Assembly: GCA_046861385.1 (NCBI GenBank)
Contig: JBHHTW010000029.1
Span: 1 to 29,600 of the forward strand
Direction of reading: 5' to 3'
Origin: Fidelibacterota bacterium
Lineage (GTDB): Bacteria; Fidelibacterota; Marinisomatia; Marinisomatales; TCS55
Length of the DNA stretch: 29,600 nucleotides
Shown here: positions 1-8,904 of the stretch, piece after piece
Layout: every line of letters starts with the position of its first letter
Numbering within the stretch: the first letter of the stretch is position 1
Notes under the pieces: generated by a model
Told to the model about the DNA's origin: nothing
Databases searched by the model: none
What the model saw: only the letters and a program-made list of their open reading frames with translations
Made by a program: the position numbers and the translations under genes

Positions 1-44
1 TCACCAGCTACCATTCACCAGCTACCATTCACCAGCTACCAATC
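1..44. repeat. Tandem repeat, 3 x 14 bp (TCACCAGCTACCAT), truncated by the window edge
   Basis: Units at 1-14 and 15-28 are identical; 29-42 has one mismatch. The third unit overlaps the TAG stop (36-38) of the Omp85-like gene. Confidence 0.95.
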
Positions 45-3000
45 AGTCCCCAATGAGAGATAGTATTGTGGCTTGGAATAGCCAATATCTTTGATATCCC
101 ATGCAGTATCCACCCTAAGAAGCAAATAACCTAAATTAATTTTCATACCCCAACCAAAACCGGCGATAGTTTCTTCAAACTCTTTTCCATTATCCCAAGC
201 AGTACCGATATCTAGAAAGAGGTGCGATCCCATATTGCTGATCATGAATTTTTCCGGAACACCCATCGCCAAAAGAAAGGGGAACCTGAATTCGAAATTG
301 GCTAAGGCAACATTTGATCCAGTTTGCTCCATAAAGCGATAACCTCTAACTGGTGTAATAAATTCAGAGAAAAATACGTCTTCAAGGTCATTATTTCCAT
401 CCAAAATATCATTCCGAAACTGACTATCGTCTTGGGAGCCATTTGTTTCACCCCGCCCCAATATCCAATTGGGAAGACCTCCCAGATAAAATTTCTGTTT
501 ATCGGCACCGCGGCTTGTTCCCACCATCATCCTGCCTGCTAAACTGGAATAACGTCCAATTTTAAAATACTTCCGAAAATCAAGTTTCAGTGTTTTGAAA
601 TCAAGTTTTTTACTCCCCCAACCGGGGCTGATCACTAAGGAAGTATTTTGCCTTAAACCATCAATCGGACCGGTGTACCCGTAAACTGTATTGTCAAAAA
701 CCCAGCTTGCCATTGGGATAATGACTGTAAATGATTGATCGCTAAATTTCTCAAAATCATAATAACTCACTTGACGCCATTCGCTGAATGAAAAAGAGTG
801 ATACGATAAACCGCCTTCGAAGCGCGTAAATCGACTGACAGGATGAGAAACAAAACTCATGAGACCAAAATTTTGGAGCAATCCCCGACGCTGACCCCCA
901 TTTTCAGTGTACCCAAGGAAGTATTCATTGGCCGTATGGTATAATGAAAAATAATAATCCTTTGGATGGGTTAAATAGGCATAACTGAAATAGTAATCGC
1001 TTCGCTGCAAATCAATCACCATTTCAGTCCCAAGATATATTTGATGGTTGCCCAAAATGTCACTAAATGCAAACATGGCCATCCCTTGCGCTCCAAACAC
1101 ATTGCTAAAAGATGCATAGCTGTTCACCATATCCAATGTAAATCTGGTTTTATAAATTTTTGGAATGTAATCATCATTATACATATGGGAAGTATCCGCA
1201 ACTATGGCATTCTCTTCTTCCTTAATCGGAGATTCATTATAATGATCATATTCTTTTGCAAAAATCCACTCAGAATAATCAGCGCCGGATGTTCTTCCTG
1301 ATACAATATTACGTCGTTTATGTCGACGGAGATCTGTCAAGTTATCAGACTGTTCATCTGCTTTCATATAATATCGAGTGATAGGTACGTCAACTGATTC
1401 TTTTTCCATCGGCTGTGTAATACTATATACATCCCAACCTAAATCAGCATACCCGGCAAAGACAAGCAAACCATCATCCTTTGTTAAACTTACCTGAAAA
1501 GCACCTGTAAGTATATTGGTGATGGCCACCGGTTTATCCAGGGTGGAAGTATCATTGGAATCGGTTTCAAATTCAGGTGTAAAATTATGGCGATATATAT
1601 TCCACACACCGTTCTTATCCGCTACATAAAATAGAGTGTTCTCTTGGGTGTGAGCCCATACCGGGTTATCTTCATTATATTTTGTATTTGTAATACGATT
1701 TATCTGCTGAGATGATAAATCGATGGAATAAATATCTTTTTGTGAGTAATCATGATTAATGATATCTTTAGGTGGAAGTTGACCCTTTAGATCATCATCA
1801 CGATCAGATATAAAAACCAATTTTGATCCATCGTGGTTCCATGCCGGTTCAGAATCCGAATAAATATCATCCGTTAATTGAGATAATTTTTTTGTTTTTA
1901 GGTTATAGATGTAAATGTCACTGGCTCCATCTTTAGTCCCGACAAATGCTAATTCTTCACCTTTTGGACTCCATGCAGCAGTAAATATTCCATCAAGTTT
2001 AAAGGTCAGCTTTTCTTTCTTTTTTGATTTTACATCAATGAGATAGAGCGCATCAGACTTTCCGGCTTTTGCAGCAATAGCAATACGTTTACTATCCGGT
2101 GACCAAGAAATCCCCGGCTGTAAAAGTTTCAACTCTTCAAAATCAACTGAGCGATTTCCCTTCACGAGTCGTTTAATTTCATCCCCATCAATTGCATCCA
2201 AAATAAAAACATCGAAATACCCCGAACGATCTGATAAAACTGCTATTTTACTTCCGTCAGGTGAAACGGAAGGGGATACATTGTAATAATTTTTCTGATC
2301 TTTATGATCTGTTAACCGCTTAGCAATATCTTCAACTTCATCCCGGCCTGCTACATCAGGCCAATATTCTTTCTTTAAATATTTATGCCATTGTTTCGTC
2401 AAATCTTTAAAATCCATTCCCAAAGCTCGTTCAAATCCTTTTTCTGCATTTTGAGTTCGTTTCATGGAGTTTATGATTTCACCTATTTTTTCTCGCCCGT
2501 ATTTTTCACTGATAAACCGCCAAACAGATTGCCCTCCTTTATATGCCATATAGGATTCAAGCTGCTCAATGGTCGGCATATCTTCATTGATGGAAAGATC
2601 CCGCATGGTCATATCGGCTTTGGTATCCCAGGTCATAGACAGGTATTCAGATAAACCTTCGTTAACCCATAATGGAATGCGTAATTTGACCCGTCCGGCA
2701 ATAATACTTTGAATATTTCCATCATAAATCATATCATTTAACAATGCATGAACCAGCTCATGGTGGATCACATGACGAAATTGCTCGTAATCTCCTTCGA
2801 AAGGAAGAACAACTCGATTCTTGAATAATTCGGTAACACCACCAATTCCTTCCTGCATATATTGCCAAATAATATTGGTTTGCTGGAAATCATTATGGGA
2901 ATGATAGACGATGATAGACACACGTTTTTTTAATGTCCATCGCAAATGTTTGGAAATTTGTTCTTGAGCCTTTTCGGCGTTTTCAGCTGTGAATTCAGCA

Positions 3001-3152
3001 AGATATGAATCATCTCCATAAAAATAAACGTCAAAATTAGGAGATGAGATAAGTGACCAGTCAAAATCCTTGTATTGGACTTTATTTTGCCCAAAAGACT
3101 GGGCAAGCATACCCTGTACTAACAGAGATAATATAATGATGATGATTCGCAT
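36..3152 (-). CDS. Omp85/BamA-family outer membrane protein with N-terminal zinc metallopeptidase-like domain and PD40/TolB-like beta-propeller
   Basis: 1038 aa with signal peptide. HELVH plus downstream WVNEGLSEY (gluzincin-like). Repeats SPDGSKI, SWSPDSKRI, AWSPKGEEL, PAWNHDGSKL. C-terminal barrel motifs FYLGG, VRGY, NFEFRFP, FLDIGTAW and a terminal aromatic residue (LGTDW). Confidence 0.85.
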   Translation of the reverse strand: MRIIIIILSLLVQGMLAQSFGQNKVQYKDFDWSLISSPNFDVYFYGDDSYLAEFTAENAEKAQEQISKHLRWTLKKRVSIIVYHSHNDFQQTNIIWQYMQEGIGGVTELFKNRVVLPFEGDYEQFRHVIHHELVHALLNDMIYDGNIQSIIAGRVKLRIPLWVNEGLSEYLSMTWDTKADMTMRDLSINEDMPTIEQLESYMAYKGGQSVWRFISEKYGREKIGEIINSMKRTQNAEKGFERALGMDFKDLTKQWHKYLKKEYWPDVAGRDEVEDIAKRLTDHKDQKNYYNVSPSVSPDGSKIAVLSDRSGYFDVFILDAIDGDEIKRLVKGNRSVDFEELKLLQPGISWSPDSKRIAIAAKAGKSDALYLIDVKSKKKEKLTFKLDGIFTAAWSPKGEELAFVGTKDGASDIYIYNLKTKKLSQLTDDIYSDSEPAWNHDGSKLVFISDRDDDLKGQLPPKDIINHDYSQKDIYSIDLSSQQINRITNTKYNEDNPVWAHTQENTLFYVADKNGVWNIYRHNFTPEFETDSNDTSTLDKPVAITNILTGAFQVSLTKDDGLLVFAGYADLGWDVYSITQPMEKESVDVPITRYYMKADEQSDNLTDLRRHKRRNIVSGRTSGADYSEWIFAKEYDHYNESPIKEEENAIVADTSHMYNDDYIPKIYKTRFTLDMVNSYASFSNVFGAQGMAMFAFSDILGNHQIYLGTEMVIDLQRSDYYFSYAYLTHPKDYYFSLYHTANEYFLGYTENGGQRRGLLQNFGLMSFVSHPVSRFTRFEGGLSYHSFSFSEWRQVSYYDFEKFSDQSFTVIIPMASWVFDNTVYGYTGPIDGLRQNTSLVISPGWGSKKLDFKTLKLDFRKYFKIGRYSSLAGRMMVGTSRGADKQKFYLGGLPNWILGRGETNGSQDDSQFRNDILDGNNDLEDVFFSEFITPVRGYRFMEQTGSNVALANFEFRFPFLLAMGVPEKFMISNMGSHLFLDIGTAWDNGKEFEETIAGFGWGMKINLGYLLLRVDTAWDIKDIGYSKPQYYLSLGTDW

Positions 3153-3312
3153 GTATGAAAGTTACGCCATTAAATCTAATGAGTTCCTTGCATGTTTTCC
3201 ATAGAAAACTATCAAAGGTCAATAATTTAACTATTTGACTCTTTTAGCTGATATTTGTTAAAGGCTGACATTTCCTTGGCTTAAACAGTTCGGAAAAAGT
3301 AAGTTAACCACC

Positions 3313-4053
3313 ATGGAATTGCCGGTCTATTTTATTTCCGATATTCATTTAATGCTTGATAATTCTGAGCAGGAAAAAGAGCGCCAACAAAAGTTGTTTC
3401 GTTTTTTTCAGAAAATTGCTGAAACACACGGATCTTTGTTTATCGTAGGGGATCTTTTTGATTTTTACTTTGAATACAAACATGTAATCCCAAAAGTATA
3501 TTTTCCACTTTATCAAAAATTATATTCTTTGAAACAATCAGGCGTTGAAGTTCACTTTATTACAGGTAATCACGATCACTGGACCTTGGATTTTATTGAA
3601 GAAACACTCGCCTACCGTGTATATAAAGATGATACAACAATAGAATTAAACGGAAAGAAATTCTATTTGACTCATGGCGACGGTATTTTATCCTGGGACA
3701 CTGGATATCGCATATTAAAGACCGTTCTACGAAATAAACTGTTTATATGGCTATATAGATGGATTCATCCGACCATCGGGTATGGCATTGCTCATGCCAT
3801 TTCTGCCAGAGGGCATCATTATCACCACACACAGGAATATAATAATAAGGTGCTTAGTGAATTGAAGATCTTTGCTGAAACGATATCAGCTGACGGTTTT
3901 GATTACGTTATTATGGGTCATTATCACCAATCAACCATTGAAAATGTTAATGGCGGGAAGCTGGTTGTTCTGGGTGACTGGATTCAGTATTTTTCGTACG
4001 GGATTTTTGATGGGAATGAACTCGAAATTAAATATTGGGAATCTGATGACTAG
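3313..4053 (+). CDS. lpxH: UDP-2,3-diacylglucosamine diphosphatase (LpxH-like metallophosphoesterase)
   Basis: Motifs SDIH, GDLFD, GNHD, THGD, GHYH and C-terminal LGDW. Confidence 0.8.
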   Translation: MELPVYFISDIHLMLDNSEQEKERQQKLFRFFQKIAETHGSLFIVGDLFDFYFEYKHVIPKVYFPLYQKLYSLKQSGVEVHFITGNHDHWTLDFIEETLAYRVYKDDTTIELNGKKFYLTHGDGILSWDTGYRILKTVLRNKLFIWLYRWIHPTIGYGIAHAISARGHHYHHTQEYNNKVLSELKIFAETISADGFDYVIMGHYHQSTIENVNGGKLVVLGDWIQYFSYGIFDGNELEIKYWESDD

Positions 4054-5167
4054 ACTGGCGATAATTTTACTCACCGCCTCATTGTCGTTCCAAGGCTGTT
4101 CGACGATCAAGAATTTGTTTAAAAAGGACCAGAAAAAATTGGGTGTTAATATAGCCGAAGTGGAAAATCTGCGGCGTGAATATCAGGAAGGTAAAGTTCA
4201 GGCGCTGCAAGAATTAATCAGCATGTATAACGATACCAACCTTCCTTTTGATGTACGCATTTCTGCAGGGGATGTATTGGCACAAACGCAACACCCCACA
4301 GCGCTGAATGCTATTGCAAAAGTCGTATCAGAAGCAGAAGCGCTGGATCTGACATTTATGGAAGCCTCTATTGAACTTCTGGCTGAATTTCGGGACAATC
4401 CAACAGCGGGTGATGCCATGGTACACGCTATTCACACAATCGATGAAAAATCCAATCAACTCCATATAACATTGATTCGGAACTTAAACAAGGTTCGTTC
4501 AAAAGATCAGGTTTTGGCACTATTGGAATTATATGAAACATCAAAAGCCAAAGTTTCCCGAACGAATAAATTAATCACTGAGACTCTTGGGGCTATCGGA
4601 TCAGATGAAGTGATTCCCATTCTGGTCACTATTTCAAAAGACCCGGACATTAATATTGCCGTACGTAATCGCGCTTTGGAGATTTTAGGTAAAAAAGACC
4701 CACATGAGGTTGCTCCAGCTTTTGCTGAACTACTAGGTGATCCAGAAATGAACACGGAAATAAGGGAATTTGCCATCAACACTATGGCAGGAGTAAAAGA
4801 AGAAAATTTGATTTTAGCATTGGTTGAAACGTATAATACGGGGAAAAAACAATATTTCAGTATGCTGAACACCCTATTGGATGCTCTGGGTGAATTTGAT
4901 GATCCTCAAGTGTATAGAGCAACAATTGATATCGCCAAGAATAAAGAATTCCCTGTGCATCTTCGAGCCAAGGCTATCCGTAGTTTAAGCCGATTCGCAA
5001 ATGATGCCACTGTAGAAAAAGTACTCCCCATTCTAAAAAACCCTGATAACTATACTCTGCATGGAGCCATTGCGGATATGCTGCAAACCATGGGTAAAAC
5101 TGAACAGTATTCTGAAGTGATGCGCCGCATGGCTTTTGAAGCTCAATTGGGGACAATGAACCCATGA
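4046..5167 (+). CDS. HEAT-repeat lipoprotein, function unknown
   Basis: Start moved to ATG 4046 (MTRLAIILLTASLSFQGC, lipobox-like), overlapping the end of lpxH. Helical repeats VRISAGDVL, VRNRALEILG, IREFAINTM, LRAKAIRSL. Confidence 0.75.
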   Translation: MTRLAIILLTASLSFQGCSTIKNLFKKDQKKLGVNIAEVENLRREYQEGKVQALQELISMYNDTNLPFDVRISAGDVLAQTQHPTALNAIAKVVSEAEALDLTFMEASIELLAEFRDNPTAGDAMVHAIHTIDEKSNQLHITLIRNLNKVRSKDQVLALLELYETSKAKVSRTNKLITETLGAIGSDEVIPILVTISKDPDINIAVRNRALEILGKKDPHEVAPAFAELLGDPEMNTEIREFAINTMAGVKEENLILALVETYNTGKKQYFSMLNTLLDALGEFDDPQVYRATIDIAKNKEFPVHLRAKAIRSLSRFANDATVEKVLPILKNPDNYTLHGAIADMLQTMGKTEQYSEVMRRMAFEAQLGTMNP

Positions 5168-6003
5168 GAGTCATGATATTATTTATGTGTGCTTTATTGT
5201 TTTCTCAAGAAGAAGACACGACCATGGTAGATACTTCGAAAATTGAAGATATAGAACTCCCGGGAGACTCTCTTGAAGGAGAGCAATTCAATAAAACTAC
5301 TACTGATACAGGAAAAGTTGAGAGTTTGGAATTCCCAGAAGTTAATCTTGAAAGAGAGAAACCGGATCAATTACCAATTGGAGAAACATTTTTTGATTAT
5401 AAAGATGACTTTAATAATCTACAGATTCAAATCGATTCTCTGAAGCGGGTCATCCGGGTAATGGAGCGAAAAAAAGCAATTCCGGCTATCAATGAGGAGC
5501 TATTGAACTTAATTAAAATTCCGGATATTCAGCACCGAATTGAACTCACCAATGGCACGGTAGTGGTCGGTGAAATCATCGAGGAAACAGATAACAAAGT
5601 CATAATTCAAACAACCATTGGGCAACTCTTCCTTGATAAAGATAAAGTAGTAAAAATTGATGAAGAACTGCCGCCGGCTCCAAAAGTTGAATTGATTAAT
5701 GAGCCGTTTGTCAGCGTATTTCCGAACAGAGAAGAAATTAGAGGAGTGGTGAAAAACGTCGGGAAAACTCGGGCGGATTTTGTGAGAATTATAGGGAAAC
5801 TATGGACGGCGGAAACAGAGCTTGCTTACATCGACTCCGTTTTTGCAAAAGGAACGACTCAAGAATATAACACCGGCGTTATTACGGATACCGCTATCGA
5901 ACCGGGTGCCACGGCTGATTTCCATCTAATTATTCCTGTTGAAGAAGGAGAAAATTCAGTGGAATACCGAACATACGATATTCATTGGACAACAACTGAT
6001 TAA
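5164..6003 (+). CDS. Exported hypothetical protein (acidic linker, coiled coil, small beta domain, C-terminal FxLYD-like domain)
   Basis: 279 aa, ATGA overlap with the upstream gene, short hydrophobic N-terminus. IRGVVKNVG...IEPGATADF resembles FxLYD-type Ig-like domains. Confidence 0.6.
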   Translation: MRVMILFMCALLFSQEEDTTMVDTSKIEDIELPGDSLEGEQFNKTTTDTGKVESLEFPEVNLEREKPDQLPIGETFFDYKDDFNNLQIQIDSLKRVIRVMERKKAIPAINEELLNLIKIPDIQHRIELTNGTVVVGEIIEETDNKVIIQTTIGQLFLDKDKVVKIDEELPPAPKVELINEPFVSVFPNREEIRGVVKNVGKTRADFVRIIGKLWTAETELAYIDSVFAKGTTQEYNTGVITDTAIEPGATADFHLIIPVEEGENSVEYRTYDIHWTTTD

Positions 6004-6039
6004 TGATAGTTGAGCAATAAAAACTTTTATCTTCTTTCG

Positions 6040-6951
6040 TCAGGACGTTAACGCAACCATAATTGCATTCTGGGCATGGAGGCGGTTTTCTGCCTGGTCA
6101 AATACGACTGAATAATCTGCTTCCATCACCTCATCGGTGGTTTCCCTTCCCCGTTCTGCCGGGAGACAGTGCATGAATAAGGTGTTTTTTCCGGTCCGTT
6201 TCATTATTTCACTATTAACTTGGAAATCGGTAAAAAGTTTTTCCCGTTTTGTCGCTTCTTCCTTCTGCCCCATGGATGCCCAAACATCGGTATAAATTAT
6301 GTCAGCGCCTTTGACTCCCTCGATTGGATCGTGCGTAATGATAATTTCAGAGCCGCTGTTGGTTTTGGCAAAAGATACTGTTTTTTCATCCGGAGCAAAT
6401 CCTTCCGGGCATACACAGGTAAATTTAATGGGCAGGCGTGATGCCAATTGTAACCAGGAATGGACAATATTATTTCCATCGCCTACGTAACATACGTGTA
6501 AATCATCCAACGAATCTCGATGTTCGGTAATCGTGAGTAAATCTGCCATGATCTGGCAGGGATGGTTGTAATCGGTCAAACCATTCACCACCGGTGAATT
6601 TGAATATTCCGCCAATTCCATAATATGCTGATGGTCAAAAAGTCTTGCCATAATCATATCATTATACCGGCTCACGACACGAGCGATATCTTTAATTGCT
6701 TCCCGTTTGCCGATTCCAATATCATTGGGACCCAAATATAACGCATAACCACCCATCCATGTAAAGCCGGTTTCAAATGAAATTCGGGTTCGGGCTGAAG
6801 GTTTTGCAAAGATCATCGCCAAAGATTTGTTATGAAAATGCTTGAAATCTTCTTTACTGCGAAATTTGGATTTCAAATCTTTAGCCAACTGGATTAAATC
6901 CAAGATTTCTTCTTTACTTAGATCTTTGATATGCAGAAAGTGCTTATCCAT
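6040..6951 (-). CDS. argF: Ornithine carbamoyltransferase
   Basis: FAKPSARTR, HPCQ, GDGNN, DVWASMG, HCLP and QAENR motifs. Start set at ATG 6951 (MDKHFL) after a GGAGA RBS; the longer ORF start lies inside a hairpin. Confidence 0.92.
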   Translation of the reverse strand: MDKHFLHIKDLSKEEILDLIQLAKDLKSKFRSKEDFKHFHNKSLAMIFAKPSARTRISFETGFTWMGGYALYLGPNDIGIGKREAIKDIARVVSRYNDMIMARLFDHQHIMELAEYSNSPVVNGLTDYNHPCQIMADLLTITEHRDSLDDLHVCYVGDGNNIVHSWLQLASRLPIKFTCVCPEGFAPDEKTVSFAKTNSGSEIIITHDPIEGVKGADIIYTDVWASMGQKEEATKREKLFTDFQVNSEIMKRTGKNTLFMHCLPAERGRETTDEVMEADYSVVFDQAENRLHAQNAIMVALTS

Positions 6952-6966
6952 TCGGTCTCCTTGTAA

Positions 6967-6994
6967 GAAGAGGCTTCCCATGGGAAGCCTCTTC
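6967..6994. promoter_or_regulatory. Perfect 28-bp palindrome just upstream of the argF RBS (terminator/attenuator-like or stabilising hairpin)
   Basis: GAAGAGGCTTCCCA|TGGGAAGCCTCTTC is self-complementary. Function is not determinable from sequence. Confidence 0.6.
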
Positions 6995-7039
6995 GTTTAT
7001 AAAATGCTTTTCATCAAAAGCGAATTTACAACAATACTA

Positions 7040-7072
7040 AACCTTGCGAATGATTTCAAGTTTTGCAAGGTT
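7040..7072 (-). terminator. Hairpin right after the hflC stop, possible terminator
   Basis: AACCTTGC (7040-7047) pairs with GCAAGGTT (7065-7072). The U tract is weak. Confidence 0.35.
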
Positions 7073-7079
7073 AATATTT

Positions 7080-7925
7080 TCATTCATTCAACATTTTAAA
7101 CAATTTCGAATCTGCTGGTAATACCAGTGTAGTTTTAGCATCAATTACATTTTTATACGCTTCTAATGTCCGCATAAATTCATAAAAATCAGCATCCTTA
7201 TTATACGCGGAGGCATATATTTCCAAAGCACGTGCTTCTCCTTCACCGCGAATTTCTTCAGATTCTTTATAAGCATCAGCGAGAATGATTGTTTTGTCCT
7301 TTTCGGTTGATGCTCTAATTTTTTGCGCTTCTTCTTCTCCTTCAGAACGAAATTTATTGGCTTGACGTTTTCGTTCTGCATCCATCCGGGCATAAATGGA
7401 TTCTTCATTCTCCCGGGGTAAATCAACCCGTTTTATTCGTACATCCACTACCTCAATCCCATACGGTGACGTTGATTTATCACTGGCGCGCGTAACGATG
7501 TCCATAATCTCTTCTCTGGTTTCAGTGATGATTTCAGACATGTTGTGTTTCCCCAGTTCCTGGCGAAGTTCAGAGTATACTATATCATCCAGACGGGTTA
7601 CGGCATTGGGAATAGCCTGAACAGTCTGAAGGAATAAGAGTGCATCGTCGATTCGCCAGCGAACGTAATTATCAACTATAAGCGTTTTTTTATCTTTGCT
7701 AAGGACTTCTTCCGGGGCAACATCGTATTCCAGAAGTCGATCATCAAATGTAACGGCATTTTGAAACGGTACCGGCAATTTGAAATGCAATCCTGGTGTT
7801 GTAATGGTGCGAATGGGTTTACCTAATTGTAAAATAACCACCTGTTGACGTTCATCAACTGTGAAGACTGTTGTGAAAAAGATGATCAGACCCAGAACAA
7901 TGATAACTAACAATGATTTTTTCAT
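7080..7925 (-). CDS. hflC: FtsH protease modulator HflC
   Basis: SPFH domain, N-terminal TM, YGIEVVDVRIKRVDLP, RMDAER, FYEFMRTLEAY. ATGA overlap with hflK. Confidence 0.95.
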   Translation of the reverse strand: MKKSLLVIIVLGLIIFFTTVFTVDERQQVVILQLGKPIRTITTPGLHFKLPVPFQNAVTFDDRLLEYDVAPEEVLSKDKKTLIVDNYVRWRIDDALLFLQTVQAIPNAVTRLDDIVYSELRQELGKHNMSEIITETREEIMDIVTRASDKSTSPYGIEVVDVRIKRVDLPRENEESIYARMDAERKRQANKFRSEGEEEAQKIRASTEKDKTIILADAYKESEEIRGEGEARALEIYASAYNKDADFYEFMRTLEAYKNVIDAKTTLVLPADSKLFKMLNE

Positions 7926-8881
7926 TTTTTGCCTCCTTTCTCATTCAGGTTTAAAAGGTTAAGGAGATTTCCTCTGTCTCCACCAGGTATGATATATTTA
8001 TCAATATTAGGAAGAATTTCCTCCATGGTTTCCAAGTACATTCGTTTCCGTGTTACATCTTTGGCTTTTTTATATTCAGTAAGTATGGCTTTGAATTTAG
8101 CCACATCTCCTTCTGCACGTTTGACTCTTGCTTCCCTGAATCCTTCCGCTCCACGGATCATCGCCTGAGCTTCACCGCGGGCTTTCGGGATAACATCATT
8201 ACGATATCCTTCCGCTTGGTTAATCATGCGGTTTTTATCCTCTTTTGCTGAAGCGACATCTTTAAATGCAGCCACTACTTGCTTTGGGGGTGATACATCC
8301 TGCAGTTGTACTGCAACTACCAGAATACCTGTTCCATATTTATCCAAGATACTTTGAAGCAATTCTTTCGTTTTTTCTTGAATCAGGAATTTACCGGATG
8401 TGAGCGCCTCATCAATTTTATGTTTACCAACCACCGTTCGAAGGGAAGCTTCAGCTGCTTCCCTAACGGTAAGTACCGGTGCCACAAAATTAAATAGATA
8501 ATCAACAGGCTCTTTTATTTTGTATTGAACAATCAGTTCTGCATCCACAATATTTTCATCCCCAGTAAGCATTAAGCTCTCTTTCTCAATTGTGCGAAAT
8601 TGATTTGTCCCCACTGTTCGGAACCCGATTTCAACACGCTTAACCTCTGTTACTTTCGGTGTTTGAACTGTTTCGATGGGATAGGGAAAGTGAAAATTCA
8701 GGCCTGATTGAGTTATCCGGCTATATCTTCCAAACGTCTGAACGACGCCTACTTCATCGGGACCGACGACAAAAATGCCCGACAGGAACCAGAGAATCAA
8801 AGCAATACCCAAAATGGGCAATGATCCGATGGCAGGGAGGCTTATTTCCTGGTCGCCGATGATAATTCGTTTACGTGACAT
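7922..8881 (-). CDS. hflK: FtsH protease modulator HflK
   Basis: MLTGDENIV, VQLQDVSPP, IPKARGEA, VTRKRMYLETME. Upstream of hflC. Confidence 0.95.
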   Translation of the reverse strand: MSRKRIIIGDQEISLPAIGSLPILGIALILWFLSGIFVVGPDEVGVVQTFGRYSRITQSGLNFHFPYPIETVQTPKVTEVKRVEIGFRTVGTNQFRTIEKESLMLTGDENIVDAELIVQYKIKEPVDYLFNFVAPVLTVREAAEASLRTVVGKHKIDEALTSGKFLIQEKTKELLQSILDKYGTGILVVAVQLQDVSPPKQVVAAFKDVASAKEDKNRMINQAEGYRNDVIPKARGEAQAMIRGAEGFREARVKRAEGDVAKFKAILTEYKKAKDVTRKRMYLETMEEILPNIDKYIIPGGDRGNLLNLLNLNEKGGKK

Positions 8882-8904
8882 GATATTTCTCCATTATTAT
8901 TTTA

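Noticed and set aside
1-44. Chi-like sequence (minus strand GCTGGTGA; CTGGTGG in other tracts)
   Set aside because: No exact GCTGGTGG in these tracts, Chi is taxon-specific, and G-rich repeats resemble it by composition.
3872-4045. N-terminal extensions in the ORF track (HEAT protein from 3872; also argF 6981, TolC 23436, HigA 26723, KdsC 12247)
   Set aside because: They overlap upstream genes or hairpins; downstream starts give signal peptides, RBSs or coupled overlaps.
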